Positions 48,215 to 59,278 of a stretch of 63,763 nucleotides of DNA are shown here, one piece after another (within the stretch, counting starts at the first letter, position 1; every line of letters starts with the position of its first letter). The stretch comes from an uncultured Alphaproteobacteria bacterium (GTDB taxonomy: Bacteria > Pseudomonadota > Alphaproteobacteria > RF32 > CAG-239). The translations under genes were made by a program, and so were the position numbers. The stretch is from assembly GCA_947588655.1 (NCBI GenBank), contig CANPYS010000005.1, positions 1 through 63,763 on the forward strand, written 5' to 3'. The notes under the pieces are model-generated. The model was given only the letters and a program-made list of their open reading frames with translations. It did no database searches and was not told the origin of the DNA.

Positions 48215-48979
48215 TTAAACTTTATAAGGCAAATGCCTAAACAACACGCGGCTCACACACTCGGGCAAAACCGATCCAAACCACGCCGCCATACGCATCG
48301 GAAATGGAAACGCGATTAATCCGCGATTGTTTTCAATCCCCTGTGCAATCAAGCGCGCCGCCTTATCTGCGTCCATAAGGAAAGGCATCGGGCAAGTGTT
48401 TTGTGCCGTTATGCGCGAGCGCACAAACCCTGGGCAAATGACATTAACTTGTATGTTTTCGTCACAAAGCCTTCCGCGCAACGCCTCACCATAAGCCTTA
48501 ACACAGGCTTTTGACGCACTGTACGACGGGCAACTAACCATGCCGTGATAACCAGCCAAAGATGATACTATCGCGACAATGCCTCGCTGTTCCTCGGGTC
48601 TTTTTCTATAAATGTTAATTGCGGGATGAATAGTATTTAAAACGCCTAAGACATTGGTTTCAAAAGTATTATAAATATTACACCCTGTTTCCGCGCTCGT
48701 TGAAACACCAGCATTAGCAATCACTAAATCCAAAGGTGCTTCTTTGTTGCAGATTCTCATCCAATTTGCAAAATTTTCTCTATCGCGAACATTTATAATG
48801 CGCCCCTCGGCATGTACACCATGCTTTCGGCAAAGCCGTTCCACTCTTGGCACACGCAAACGATCGCGTCCGCATAAGAACAAGTTTTCCGCACCATTTT
48901 GCGCATAATACAGCGCCAACGCCTCGCCAATACCTGACGATGCGCCTGTAATTAAAATATTTTTAATCTGCTTTTTCAA
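48215..48979 (-). CDS. Short-chain dehydrogenase/reductase
   Basis: ITGASSGIG, NAG, YSASK. Confidence 0.92.
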   Translation of the reverse strand: MKKQIKNILITGASSGIGEALALYYAQNGAENLFLCGRDRLRVPRVERLCRKHGVHAEGRIINVRDRENFANWMRICNKEAPLDLVIANAGVSTSAETGCNIYNTFETNVLGVLNTIHPAINIYRKRPEEQRGIVAIVSSLAGYHGMVSCPSYSASKACVKAYGEALRGRLCDENIQVNVICPGFVRSRITAQNTCPMPFLMDADKAARLIAQGIENNRGLIAFPFPMRMAAWFGSVLPECVSRVLFRHLPYKV

Positions 48980-49053
48980 AATTTTTATTTCCTAAAAGAT
49001 TTTTAACGTTTCAGGGTTATGATACACATAAACTCTTAAAAAGGAGTAAATTT

Positions 49054-49725
49054 ATGGAAGATATTGTAAATGTTTTAAGAAAAACCCGCAAAGGCGCGAT
49101 GTTTATTATTGAAGCGCCGTCCGGAACGGGCAAAAGTACCGTCATCAAAGAGCTGATGAAACGCGATTCTAACCTCAAGTTTTCAGTGTCTGTCACCACA
49201 CGCGCCAAACGCGAGGGCGAACAAGAGGGCGTGGATTATTATTATATTACAGATGAACAATATAACGAACACCTTAAAAATAACGATTTTTATGAATATG
49301 TAGATTCGGCATACGGTTCACGCTACGGAACATTGCGCTCAGAAGTTGACAGCTTTATCAACATTGGGCAAGACGTTATTTTTGATATGGATTGGGTTGG
49401 CGCACAGCAAATGCGCGAAAAAGCCCCTAACGAAGTGGTCACAATCTACCTGTTGCCGCCCTCCATTAAAGAAGTTTATCGCCGCCTTGTTTCACGCGGG
49501 ACAGATTCGCCCGAAACCATTGAAAAGCGTATGAATTTAGTGGTTGAAAAAATCAAACATTGGCACGAGTTTGACTATATTGTTGTCAATGTAAACATTG
49601 ATGAAACAGTTGCTAAAATCCAACGCATTATCTCGGGCGAGCGTATGAAACGCGTCCGTCAACCAGGGTTGCCGGCTTTTGTAGATGAACTGATGACTGA
49701 AGCAAAAAATTTGTTAGGAGTTTAA
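49054..49725 (+). CDS. gmk: Guanylate kinase
   Basis: APSGTGKST, SVTTR..R.GE..GVDY, YGT. Confidence 0.95.
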   Translation: MEDIVNVLRKTRKGAMFIIEAPSGTGKSTVIKELMKRDSNLKFSVSVTTRAKREGEQEGVDYYYITDEQYNEHLKNNDFYEYVDSAYGSRYGTLRSEVDSFINIGQDVIFDMDWVGAQQMREKAPNEVVTIYLLPPSIKEVYRRLVSRGTDSPETIEKRMNLVVEKIKHWHEFDYIVVNVNIDETVAKIQRIISGERMKRVRQPGLPAFVDELMTEAKNLLGV

Positions 49726-49726
49726 A

Positions 49727-50671
49727 ATGGGAAAAATTTACCACTCTGTAACGGAACTTGTTGGACACACACCGCTTGTTGAGCTTTCACGCTTGGCGAC
49801 AAAGCACAAGCTTAAACACAAACTTTTAGCCAAATGCGAGTGCTATAATCCGGCGTTTTCAATTAAAGACAGAATAGCGCTAAAAATGCTTGAAAAAATT
49901 CCGCCTGAAAGCATTACTCCCGACACAATTTTTCTTGAGGCGACATCAGGCAATACAGGCGTTGGACTTGCCGCAATGTGCGCCGCCAAAGGCTACAAGC
50001 TGGTGATTATTATGCCTGAAAATATGTCGGTAGAACGCATTAAGCTGATGCGTCATTTTGGGGCAGAAGTTATTTTAACGCCGGCAAGCGAGGGCATGGA
50101 CGGCGCGGTCAAAAAAGCCGAATTGCTGGCGCAAAAAAACAAAAACGTTATGATGCTAAAACAATTTGAAAACCCAGCTAATCCTGAAGCGCACACGCTT
50201 GGAACAGCAATGGAGCTTATGGAAGACACAGGTGGCGATATTGACGCGCTTGTTTCAGGTGTTGGCACGGGCGGCACTTTAACCGGCACGGCAACCGCGC
50301 TTAAAAGCTGCAACCCCGATTTATATGTGGTGGCGGTTGAACCAGCGGAAAGTCCGTTGCTTTCGGAAGGTTATGCCGGTGCGCACAAAATTCCGGGGAT
50401 TGGGGCAAATTTTGTGCCACCGCTTTTAAAACGCAATCTTATCAGTGAAATTTGCAAAGTGCCAAGCTTAGCCGCTTTTGAAACAGCCAAAGAATGCGCC
50501 GCCACAGAGGGCTTAGCAATTGGAATATCTGCCGGCGCGGCGCTTTATGCCGCCCTTGAAACCGCCAAAAAATTAAACGGCAGAAACAAAAATATTGTGG
50601 TTATTTTGCCCGATAGCATTGAGCGTTATTTATCTTTGGATTACTTTACACTTGAACAGAGTAAAGGATAA
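49727..50671 (+). CDS. cysK: Cysteine synthase A
   Basis: SIKDR, TSGNTG, GVGTGGT. Confidence 0.92.
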   Translation: MGKIYHSVTELVGHTPLVELSRLATKHKLKHKLLAKCECYNPAFSIKDRIALKMLEKIPPESITPDTIFLEATSGNTGVGLAAMCAAKGYKLVIIMPENMSVERIKLMRHFGAEVILTPASEGMDGAVKKAELLAQKNKNVMMLKQFENPANPEAHTLGTAMELMEDTGGDIDALVSGVGTGGTLTGTATALKSCNPDLYVVAVEPAESPLLSEGYAGAHKIPGIGANFVPPLLKRNLISEICKVPSLAAFETAKECAATEGLAIGISAGAALYAALETAKKLNGRNKNIVVILPDSIERYLSLDYFTLEQSKG

Positions 50672-50673
50672 CG

Positions 50674-51783
50674 ATGAACCCAAACAGCATTCTTGGCCGC
50701 TACCTTTCCAAACAGATTGTTTATACATTTCTGCTTGTTTTGGTAACCATTATGGGCATTATCATGATGTTTGACGCGATTGAGGCACTCAGACGCATTT
50801 CAGGACGCGATGACACAGGTATGAGCTATGTTGTTGTTTATACCTTAACGCGCCTACCGCAAACGGTTGAAAAGGTTTTGCCTTTCATTATGATGGTTGC
50901 CGCGATGATTGTTTTTTGGCGGGTGAGCAAAAGCAACGAATATGTTATTATTCGTTCTGCAGGTGTTTCAATTTGGGGATTTTTAGCGCCGGTTTTGCTT
51001 TCCGTTTTGCTGATTGGTTTTATCAACGTGGCTTTTATCAATCCATTTTCAGCCAAAATGTACGAATGGCATGAAACCATTAAATATCGGTTCAGCACGC
51101 ACAACCCCAAAGCTATGCTTTTTTCAAGCAAAGGTCTTTGGATTCGCGAGGCTTTAGACGATGATCGTGTTTTGGTCATTCAGGCAAAATCGTTGCGCCA
51201 AGAAGAAGGCGAAACCCTTTCTATGCGTGACATCAATCTTTTGGAAATGGATAGAAACGCTCAAATTTTACGCCATATTGACGGCTTGGTTGGCACTTTA
51301 AAAAACAACAAACTTTTGCTCCGTGGCGTGCGTATTTATGAAACAGGAAAAGAAACCAAAAACCTGCCTCAAATGGTTTATGACACAAACATCAATTTGC
51401 AACGCATTAAAGAAAATTTTGTTGATCCTGACGCTATTTCATTTTGGAATTTGCCAAGCACCATTCAATTTTATGAAACATCGGGCTTTTCGGCGCAACG
51501 ACATCGTATGCGTTGGCTTTCGCTTTTAGCCTCGCCGTTTTTATTAGCGGCAATGGTTTTGCTTTCGGCGTTGTTTGCGCTTAAAGCCAACTTCCGACAA
51601 GGCGGCGTGATGTTTATGATTGTGGCGGGCATAACGACGGGTTTTGTGGTTTATTTTACCTCGCAATTAATTTATGCTTTCGGCATTAACGGCTATATTC
51701 CTGTATGGTTAGCCGTTTGGTCGCCTATTGCCATAGTCTTTTTGCTTGGCGCCACATTCTTAATCCAAAAAGAGGAAGAATAA
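50674..51783 (+). CDS. lptG: LPS export permease LptG/LptF
   Basis: RYL...NEYVIIRSAGVS; TM-periplasmic-TM topology. Confidence 0.8.
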   Translation: MNPNSILGRYLSKQIVYTFLLVLVTIMGIIMMFDAIEALRRISGRDDTGMSYVVVYTLTRLPQTVEKVLPFIMMVAAMIVFWRVSKSNEYVIIRSAGVSIWGFLAPVLLSVLLIGFINVAFINPFSAKMYEWHETIKYRFSTHNPKAMLFSSKGLWIREALDDDRVLVIQAKSLRQEEGETLSMRDINLLEMDRNAQILRHIDGLVGTLKNNKLLLRGVRIYETGKETKNLPQMVYDTNINLQRIKENFVDPDAISFWNLPSTIQFYETSGFSAQRHRMRWLSLLASPFLLAAMVLLSALFALKANFRQGGVMFMIVAGITTGFVVYFTSQLIYAFGINGYIPVWLAVWSPIAIVFLLGATFLIQKEEE

Positions 51784-51788
51784 ACCGC

Positions 51789-52766
51789 TTAAAAGCAAAT
51801 AAGGTCAAATTCTTTTTTCAAGCTACGTTCAAACAAAAGCTTAATTGACTGCTTAATATCGGCCTCTTCATAAATAACCTTATAAAGCATTTGGCAAATA
51901 GGCATATCAATGTTTTCTTTATCAGCAATCAGCTTAACCGCCTTTAAGGTTGCCACGCCCTCTGCCAATTTACCAAAGCGCTCGCCTTTTGCAAACATTT
52001 CGCCATAGGTGCGGTTGTGACTATACTTTGAAAAAAGCGTTGCCTCGTAATCGCCCAAGTGCGCTAAGCCGTACGCGGAAAGCGGATTGCCGCCAAAATG
52101 CTTAATCAGCCGCCCCACTTCAACAGGTGCGCGCGCCATTAAAGCGCCTTTAAGGCCATACCACTCCAAACCGTCTAAAATGCCAGCGGCAATACCAACC
52201 ACATTTTTAAGCGCCGCGCCAATCTGATTACCAATCACATCATTGCCGTAATAAAACCGGATAAGATCGCTCTGCAACAGATTAATCCAGTGCGCTTTTG
52301 CCTCTTCTTCATAACTATCAATCACGGCGCAAGACGGCACTTTTTTCATATAATCTTGCACATGACCAGGGCCACCCAAGCAAGCCACATGCACATCTTG
52401 CGTAACTTCTTGCTTAAAAACGTCAACCAAAATTGTTGCGCTTGGCTCTTCAAGCCCTTTCATCGCTAATAAAAAGTTTTTGCCCGCCAAATTGTAGGCA
52501 TTAAGCTGTTTGGCAAGACTCCTCAAATGTTGGCAACCAATAGAAATGATAATATCATCAGAGGCAAGCACATCTTCAATATTTTCTTTCAAAAACATAT
52601 TATCAGATAAAGAAAGATACGGATTTTTGCGCGTGTCTTTCAGCTCTATAAAGTTTGGCGAAGTTGGAATGTCATACAAAAGAACCTGATCAACGCAATA
52701 ATTAGCGGCATACCAGCCCAAAAATGTTCCCCAGCGTCCGCACCCAATAACAGAAATTTGTTTCAT
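51789..52766 (-). CDS. gpsA: NAD(P)H-dependent glycerol-3-phosphate dehydrogenase
   Basis: GCGRWG, KGLE, GAALKNV, GLAHLGD, AEG. Confidence 0.88.
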   Translation of the reverse strand: MKQISVIGCGRWGTFLGWYAANYCVDQVLLYDIPTSPNFIELKDTRKNPYLSLSDNMFLKENIEDVLASDDIIISIGCQHLRSLAKQLNAYNLAGKNFLLAMKGLEEPSATILVDVFKQEVTQDVHVACLGGPGHVQDYMKKVPSCAVIDSYEEEAKAHWINLLQSDLIRFYYGNDVIGNQIGAALKNVVGIAAGILDGLEWYGLKGALMARAPVEVGRLIKHFGGNPLSAYGLAHLGDYEATLFSKYSHNRTYGEMFAKGERFGKLAEGVATLKAVKLIADKENIDMPICQMLYKVIYEEADIKQSIKLLFERSLKKEFDLICF

Positions 52767-52858
52767 GCAAACCTCATAAAATGTTAAATAGATAACATAA
52801 TTTTAATAACGAACGGAATATTTTGCAACGGATAAAACAAAAAAGTCAACAGAAGGGG

Positions 52859-53218
52859 CTAGAACTTCTGTTTCTTCATACGCTGACGCCCGATAATAGC
52901 GTTGATATAATCAAAATTTTGGAAAGAGTGATAAGCATAATCAAAACTTTGCTTATCGTAGGTGTAAAAGACTTTGTTAGCCATATTCCGGATCGCATTA
53001 TCAATTTTGCCAAACGCTTCGTTATAGTCTTTGCTATAATTATTTTTGGCTTTTTTCTGAACAATAGCATGATAAGCGGTAATAACCTTAGCTGTTTCAT
53101 CCGCGGAGTTGGCATAACCTTTTTGCTCAAAATCGTGCATAATTTGAGCAGTTGTTTGGTAGAAACACTTGTTTGTCAAGATGTTTCTTTGTGATTTATT
53201 ATTGCTATTAATAATCAT
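52859..53218 (-). CDS. Hypothetical protein
   Basis: ORF fills the gpsA-uvrC gap; no recognisable motif. Confidence 0.4.
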   Translation of the reverse strand: MIINSNNKSQRNILTNKCFYQTTAQIMHDFEQKGYANSADETAKVITAYHAIVQKKAKNNYSKDYNEAFGKIDNAIRNMANKVFYTYDKQSFDYAYHSFQNFDYINAIIGRQRMKKQKF

Positions 53219-53348
53219 TTCAAGCCAACATCATTTACAAAACCTGGCTTAGATATACCATAAAATTTTTTAAAAAGCAAGGGGAATTATAGAAAATTTT
53301 ATTTTAAGTTTTGTTTTTTCGGATTATATTATGGATAAAGAGGAAAAA

Positions 53349-55154
53349 ATGTCTGACATCAAACACGGCTTAGAAGTCTTGAATAAAAACGTTCAGCTCG
53401 CGCCCCAAAAACCGGGGGTTTATCGTATGATAAGCGCAACGGGCGAAGTTTTGTACGTTGGCAAGGCAAAAAACATCAAAAAGCGCATTGTGGCTTATAC
53501 AAAGTTTGATAAATTGCCACTTCGCTTAAAGCGTATGGTATCAGAAGTGGATCGTATGGAGTTTATTATTGTTGAAAACGAGGCAAAGGCGCTTTTAATG
53601 GAAAACGAGCTTATTAAGCGCTATTCGCCACGGTTTAACATTTTGCTTAAAGACGACAAAACCTTTCCGCACTTGATGATTGATTTAACAGAAGATTATC
53701 CTGCTTTGCGCAAACAACGCGGTCACCGCAACGATAAATGCCGCTATTTTGGGCCTTTTGTTAATGCCTTAGCGGTCAACAACGTTATGGACACGCTCCA
53801 AAAGGCGTTTTTGCTCCGCTCGTGCCGCGACAATCAGTTCAAAAACCGCGAGCGCCCTTGCCTTTTGTACCAAATCAAACGTTGCGCCGCGCCGTGTTGT
53901 CATAAAATCAGCAAGGAAGAATATCACGCACTCGTCAACGATGTTATTGATTTTTTGGAGGGCAAAAACGCCAAAATTCAAGAAACTCTTTCCAAACAAA
54001 TGCGCGCCGCAAGTGAAAATATGGACTATGAACAAGCCCTGTCTTTGCGCGATAGAATCAAGGCTCTAACCTCGGTTCAGACAGGCTATTTAGTGGAATA
54101 CGCCGACTTAAAATCTGTTGACATTATTGCCATTGCGCACAAAAACGGATTAGCGTGCATTCAGTTGTTCATCATTCGCGCGGGGCAAAATTGTGGCAAC
54201 GTGCCTTATTTTCCAAAGCAAACCGAAGACGCGACAGACGCTGAAATTTTAGAGGCTTTTATGAGCGAATTTTATACCAATCATATTCCGCCCAAAGAAA
54301 TTTATATTTCTGAAACCCTAGATAATGCAAGCTTTTTAGAAGATGCGCTTGGGGTGAAAATCTTAACATTTACACGCGGCAAAAAAGCAAAACTGATTGA
54401 AAACGCCAAAAATAATGCCTTAGCGGCATTGGAGCGCAAAATCGCCATGGAATCTTCGGTGCAGAAAAATCTTGAGGAAATGAAAACATATTTCGGGTTG
54501 CCAAACCTTCCCAAGCGCATAGAAATTTATGATAACTCGCACAATCAGGGGAGTTTTGCGATAGGCGCTATGGTTGTGGCAACGCCTGACGGCTTTGATA
54601 AAAAGGCATACCGCACTTTTAACATTAAAAATCCAAACATCACAAACGATGACTTTGCTATGATGCAAGAGGTTTTAACGCGCCGTTTTGAAAAACTAAC
54701 GCCCGAAAATCGCCCTGACGTGATTTTGCTTGACGGCGGTTTAGGGCAACTTCACGCAGTACATGAAAGCCTTAAAAATTTTGATTTATCGGGCATCACG
54801 ATTATTGCAATTTCCAAAGGACCGGAGCGCAACGCCGGCAAAGAATTTTATCACATTTTAGGGCGCGAAAGCTTTGCGTTGCCGTATCGTTCTTCAATTG
54901 CGTTTTATCTGCAAAATTTGCGGGACGAGGCGCACCGATTCGCGATTGGCACACACCGCAAAAAACGCGCGAAATCCATTTATAAATCGCGCCTTGATGA
55001 GGTTGAGGGCATTGGCTCTAAACGCAAGCGCGACTTGCTCTCGCACTTTGGCTCGGCGGAAGATGTGGCGCAAGCCTCTATTGCCGATTTATCAAAAGTT
55101 GAGGGCATCAGTAAAAAAACGGCTGAAAAAATATTTAATTACTTTCACAAATAA
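53349..55154 (+). CDS. uvrC: Excinuclease ABC subunit C
   Basis: PGVY...YVGKAKN, DNSH, DGG.GQ, RDEAHRFA, HhH. Confidence 0.97.
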   Translation: MSDIKHGLEVLNKNVQLAPQKPGVYRMISATGEVLYVGKAKNIKKRIVAYTKFDKLPLRLKRMVSEVDRMEFIIVENEAKALLMENELIKRYSPRFNILLKDDKTFPHLMIDLTEDYPALRKQRGHRNDKCRYFGPFVNALAVNNVMDTLQKAFLLRSCRDNQFKNRERPCLLYQIKRCAAPCCHKISKEEYHALVNDVIDFLEGKNAKIQETLSKQMRAASENMDYEQALSLRDRIKALTSVQTGYLVEYADLKSVDIIAIAHKNGLACIQLFIIRAGQNCGNVPYFPKQTEDATDAEILEAFMSEFYTNHIPPKEIYISETLDNASFLEDALGVKILTFTRGKKAKLIENAKNNALAALERKIAMESSVQKNLEEMKTYFGLPNLPKRIEIYDNSHNQGSFAIGAMVVATPDGFDKKAYRTFNIKNPNITNDDFAMMQEVLTRRFEKLTPENRPDVILLDGGLGQLHAVHESLKNFDLSGITIIAISKGPERNAGKEFYHILGRESFALPYRSSIAFYLQNLRDEAHRFAIGTHRKKRAKSIYKSRLDEVEGIGSKRKRDLLSHFGSAEDVAQASIADLSKVEGISKKTAEKIFNYFHK

Positions 55155-55200
55155 AAAAATTAGATTAGACTGGTATAAAATCAAACTTTTTTTAAGGGGA

Positions 55201-55845
55201 ATGGGCGTGTATAATTTACCTAATTTGCTAACCATATCGCGGATTGCCGTGATTCCGGTTGTTTTTCTTTCCATTTACATCAATTCATTTACATGGTCAA
55301 TGTTTGTTGGCGTGTTGTTTATCGCGGCTGCCATTACAGATTATTTTGACGGCTATTTAGCGCGTTCACGGCACGAAACTTCGGCTTTCGGACGCTTGCT
55401 TGACCCTATTGCCGACAAGCTCTTGGTCGCCTCCGCCTTGGTGGTGGTTTTGGTTAAACAAGATATGCTTTGGACAACTTTAAGCTACATTCCGGTATTT
55501 GTGATTTTATGCCGTGAAATTTTAGTTTCGGGCTTGCGCGAATTTTTGCGCGAAGTCAACGTTGGGTTGCCCGTTACGCGTTTAGCCAAGTGGAAAACCA
55601 CGTTTCAGATGACCGCGCTTTGCATGATGCTTTTTAACGGGCTTTGGATTTGGGGCGGCATTGGCGAATTTTTGCTTTGGATTGCCGGCATTTTGACCTT
55701 TATCACAGGTTATCAATATTTTCAAAAAAGCCTTGATTACATCCATTCGGTTGAAAACGCCAAAACCGTTGAAGCTAAAATTGTAATGAAAAAAGCGCCC
55801 CAAAAATCTAAAGCAAAAACAAAAAAGGTTAAGAAAACAAAATAA
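55201..55845 (+). CDS. pgsA: CDP-diacylglycerol-glycerol-3-phosphate phosphatidyltransferase
   Basis: NLPNLLTISR, TDYFDGYLAR...FGRLLDPIADK; follows uvrC. Confidence 0.95.
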   Translation: MGVYNLPNLLTISRIAVIPVVFLSIYINSFTWSMFVGVLFIAAAITDYFDGYLARSRHETSAFGRLLDPIADKLLVASALVVVLVKQDMLWTTLSYIPVFVILCREILVSGLREFLREVNVGLPVTRLAKWKTTFQMTALCMMLFNGLWIWGGIGEFLLWIAGILTFITGYQYFQKSLDYIHSVENAKTVEAKIVMKKAPQKSKAKTKKVKKTK

Positions 55846-56537
55846 TGTGTCAAAATAAAAAACACATTTTAGTTGTTGATGATGATACGCGTTTACGGGC
55901 GTTGCTTCAGCGTTTTTTGCGTGAAAAAGGGTTTATGGTATCAGGCGCTAAAGACGCCGCGGACGCGCGTTTGCTGTTGCAAGATTATCGTTTTGATTTG
56001 CTCATTTTAGACGTTATGATGCCTGACGAATCAGGGCTAGACTTTTTAGAAAGCTTACGTCTTGAAAACGACACCCCGGTGATTATGCTAACCGCAATGG
56101 GCGAAACAGGCGATAGAATAGCCGGCTTGGAAAAAGGCGCAGACGACTATATTGCCAAACCCTTTGAGCCACAAGAGCTTGTTTTAAGAATTCAAAACAT
56201 TTTAAAACGAACACCACGCCCTGAAACGCTAAGCCAAACATTAGATTTAGATTTATGCCTGTACGACACGCTTAAAAAAGAACTTTATCATAAAAAAGGC
56301 GGCTTAATTCATCTTACGCCCGTGGAGCAAGCGTTGCTTTATGCGCTTGCCGAAAAGGCGGGGCAGACACTTTCACGCGAAAGTCTTGCCGAAACCTTAG
56401 GCGGCGACCAAAGCCCCCGCTCCATTGACGTGCAAATAACTCGCCTGCGCAAAAAAATTGAATATGATCCCAAAAATCCGCGCTTTTTGCAAACGGTACG
56501 CGGTAAGGGTTATCGGCTTTTATCCAAAGAGAACTAG
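55845..56537 (+). CDS. ompR: OmpR-family response regulator
   Basis: VVDDD, LDVMMP, GADDYIAKPF, RSIDVQITRLR. Confidence 0.88.
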   Translation: MCQNKKHILVVDDDTRLRALLQRFLREKGFMVSGAKDAADARLLLQDYRFDLLILDVMMPDESGLDFLESLRLENDTPVIMLTAMGETGDRIAGLEKGADDYIAKPFEPQELVLRIQNILKRTPRPETLSQTLDLDLCLYDTLKKELYHKKGGLIHLTPVEQALLYALAEKAGQTLSRESLAETLGGDQSPRSIDVQITRLRKKIEYDPKNPRFLQTVRGKGYRLLSKEN

Positions 56538-56546
56538 GAGGTTTCC

Positions 56547-57902
56547 ATGCATATAATGTTTCCGCAAAAAATTGAAAATTCGCTCCGTTTTTTAAGGCTT
56601 AAACTTCTGCCCAAAACATTGTTTTTCAGAACAATGCTTTTGATTTTTATTCCGCTGATTTTGGTTCAGGTTGTTTCAATCATTGCCTTTTTTGACGGCA
56701 ACTGGAGCAAAGTCGGGCGGCGGCTTTCTGATAATTTGAGCAACAACATGGCGTTTGTGGTGCGTTTATCTGAGCAAAATCCGCAAAGTTTTGAACAAAT
56801 ACAAACCCTTGCTCAAAACGTTTACGCCCTTGATGTTGAATATTTTGATAATTCAGAAAAAATTGATGTTTTAAGCAAAGCCTCAAGGAAGAACAAAATT
56901 ATGACCGGCTTTTTTGAAGACGCCTTAAAGCAAGATTTCTCTAATGCCGTCACACACTTGTATCTAACCGATAAAAACAACACGCTTTTAACCTTTATTG
57001 ACACGCAAGACGGTTTATTTCAGTTCAAAACTTCGGTTAAAAACATTTTCAGCACCTCTATTTTTGGCTTTATTGCATGGATGATTGGCACATCGCTTTT
57101 GCTCTTTGTGGTTTCGGGCTTGTTTTTACGCGTTCAGGCGCGCTCCATAAAGCAATTAGCCGAGGCGGCGGAAGACTTTGGTAAAGGCATCAACACGCCT
57201 TTCAAGCCTTATGGTTCGTCTGAAGTGCGCAAAGCGGGCATTGCTTTTACCAAGATGAAAGAGCGCATTAATCGTCAGATTTCCGAGCGCACGCAAATGC
57301 TTGCCGGCGTTTCGCACGATTTGCGCACCCCCTTAACGCGTATGAAATTGCAATTGGCAATGATGCCTAAAAATGATGAAAACAAAGAATTTTTGGACGA
57401 CATTGCTGAAATGGAAAAAATGCTAGACGGCTATTTAGCATTTGTCAGCGGCGAGGGTGGCGAGCCAAATACATTTGTGGATATGAACGAGCTCATTATG
57501 AGCATTTTGAACAAATTCCGCAATTCCAAGGCCTTTATTCGTTACAGCACAAACGATCAAGTCAGCGCCATTCAAGGACGCGAGCAAGCCTTAAAACGCG
57601 CGCTCACAAACATCATTTCCAACGCCTTTTACTACGGCAAAACGGTGGCTGTTAAGCTTGAGAGCAACAACAATAAATTAGAAATTAGCGTTGAAGATGA
57701 CGGCCCCGGCATTCCCAAAGACAAGCGCGAAGAAGTCTTTAAGGCGTTTTACCGCATTGAGGGTTCGCGCAACAAAGAAACAGGCGGCGTTGGCTTAGGG
57801 CTTTCCATTGCCAAAGACGTTATTGTTTCGCACGGTGGCACCATAGAATTGGGCGAGAGCGAACTTGGCGGCCTGAAAGTTTTAATTTCCATTCCGCTTT
57901 AA
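56547..57902 (+). CDS. envZ: EnvZ-like sensor histidine kinase
   Basis: VSHDLRTPLTR, DDGPGI, GLGLSI. Confidence 0.85.
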   Translation: MHIMFPQKIENSLRFLRLKLLPKTLFFRTMLLIFIPLILVQVVSIIAFFDGNWSKVGRRLSDNLSNNMAFVVRLSEQNPQSFEQIQTLAQNVYALDVEYFDNSEKIDVLSKASRKNKIMTGFFEDALKQDFSNAVTHLYLTDKNNTLLTFIDTQDGLFQFKTSVKNIFSTSIFGFIAWMIGTSLLLFVVSGLFLRVQARSIKQLAEAAEDFGKGINTPFKPYGSSEVRKAGIAFTKMKERINRQISERTQMLAGVSHDLRTPLTRMKLQLAMMPKNDENKEFLDDIAEMEKMLDGYLAFVSGEGGEPNTFVDMNELIMSILNKFRNSKAFIRYSTNDQVSAIQGREQALKRALTNIISNAFYYGKTVAVKLESNNNKLEISVEDDGPGIPKDKREEVFKAFYRIEGSRNKETGGVGLGLSIAKDVIVSHGGTIELGESELGGLKVLISIPL

Positions 57903-57926
57903 GAGGAAAAAACATAATTTTCTAAA

Positions 57927-58277
57927 TTAGTCTTTTTGAATATCAATTTTCAAAAGATCGGCCATAGATTTCCGATAATCTTCCGCCCATTTAGTCATAG
58001 ATTCAATAACGGGTTTAAGATCATAGCCGAGTTGCGTGAGCGTATAATCAACGCGCGGCGGTATTTGGGCATAAACTTTGCGCACCAAAATCCCTTTTTC
58101 TTCCAAAAGCCTAAGGTTTGAGGTCAAAACCTTTTGGGTAATTGTGCCAAGCTCACGCTTAAGCTCGCCAAAGCGTTTTGTTCCGTCCATCAAATTTTCA
58201 ATAATCAGCATTTTCCAGCGGTCGCCCACCATTTTAAGTGTCATTTCCGCCAAAGAGTCCGCTGTTAATTCAGGCAT
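57927..58277 (-). CDS. HxlR family winged-helix regulator
   Basis: GDRWKMLI...RFGEL...ITQKVLT...PPRVDYTLT. Confidence 0.92.
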   Translation of the reverse strand: MPELTADSLAEMTLKMVGDRWKMLIIENLMDGTKRFGELKRELGTITQKVLTSNLRLLEEKGILVRKVYAQIPPRVDYTLTQLGYDLKPVIESMTKWAEDYRKSMADLLKIDIQKD

Positions 58278-58486
58278 TTTGAATCTCCTTTATTTAAAAT
58301 CCGATTCGTTTATAGCACAAAATTTTAAATGAGCAAGTTTTTTCGTAAAATTTTAAGCCGGATTCGCTCATGGGGCAAAAATTTTGCTTGACTTCAAACA
58401 AAAATCAGGTTATAAAGCGCGAACAAATAACCGAGAACCTTGGTTTTACAAGGTTTTAAATAACGATAATTAACCGGAGAACTTTT

Positions 58487-58621
58487 ATGAAAAGAACCTA
58501 CCAACCCAGTAAAATTGTGCGTGCGCGCCGTCATGGTTTTCGCGCGCGTATGGCTTCAATCGGCGGTCGCAAAGTGTTGTCCGCGCGTCGTTTGAAAGGC
58601 CGTAAAAAACTTTCGGCATAG
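58487..58621 (+). CDS. rpmH: 50S ribosomal protein L34 (not in ORF track)
   Basis: [44 protein letters not shown]. Confidence 0.98.
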   Translation: MKRTYQPSKIVRARRHGFRARMASIGGRKVLSARRLKGRKKLSA

Positions 58622-58624
58622 CAG

Positions 58625-58987
58625 ATGTCTGAAAAAAAGACCATCTTAAAAAAGCGGAAAGACTTTTTAAGAGTCGCCAGAGGTGTGCATGTTGTAACGA
58701 CATGTGTTATCGTACAGGCGGCTCTTAATTTATCTAAAAAGTCCAATCAATGGCACGTTGGCTACACCGCCACCAAAAAAATCGGCAAAGCATATGTGCG
58801 CAATCGTTCCAAACGGCGACTGCGCGCCGGCGTGCGGCAAATTTTTCCTCAATTAGCGCTTCCAAACGCCGAATACGTGCTTATCAGCCGACACAATACG
58901 CATTATTGCCCGTTTGCCCTGCTTTTGAAAGACCTCAAATACGCCCTAAAAAAAATCAATGAGCAACTTTTGGGAGGAAAGCGGTGA
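58625..58987 (+). CDS. rnpA: RNase P protein component
   Basis: [22 protein letters not shown]; operon context. Confidence 0.93.
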   Translation: MSEKKTILKKRKDFLRVARGVHVVTTCVIVQAALNLSKKSNQWHVGYTATKKIGKAYVRNRSKRRLRAGVRQIFPQLALPNAEYVLISRHNTHYCPFALLLKDLKYALKKINEQLLGGKR

Positions 58988-59211
58988 AAAATCTTCTCAA
59001 AATGCTGATTAAGTTTTATCAAACGTTTTTATCGCCCTTTTGTTCGGGGTGTTGTCGTTATCGGCCCACATGCTCGCAATATATGCTTGAGGCGATTGAA
59101 ACGCACGGTATTTTGAAAGGCGTTTTTTTAGGCATAAAGCGGTTGTTGCGGTGTCATCCTTGGGGTGGCTCGGGTTATGATCCTGTTCCGCCAAAGCGCA
59201 AGAGTGAGTAA
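58984..59211 (+). CDS. yidD: Membrane protein insertion efficiency factor
   Basis: [10 protein letters not shown]...[14 protein letters not shown]. Confidence 0.95.
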   Translation: MKNLLKMLIKFYQTFLSPFCSGCCRYRPTCSQYMLEAIETHGILKGVFLGIKRLLRCHPWGGSGYDPVPPKRKSE

Positions 59212-59278
59212 CCGCTTTATAAAGCTTGCGTTTTATAAAAATTTAGAATAAAAAGAAAAAAATTGAAGGAGCATAAAC

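Noticed and set aside
54874-55200. N-terminal extension of pgsA in the ORF track
   Set aside because: Overlaps uvrC; the conserved PgsA start with an RBS is at 55201
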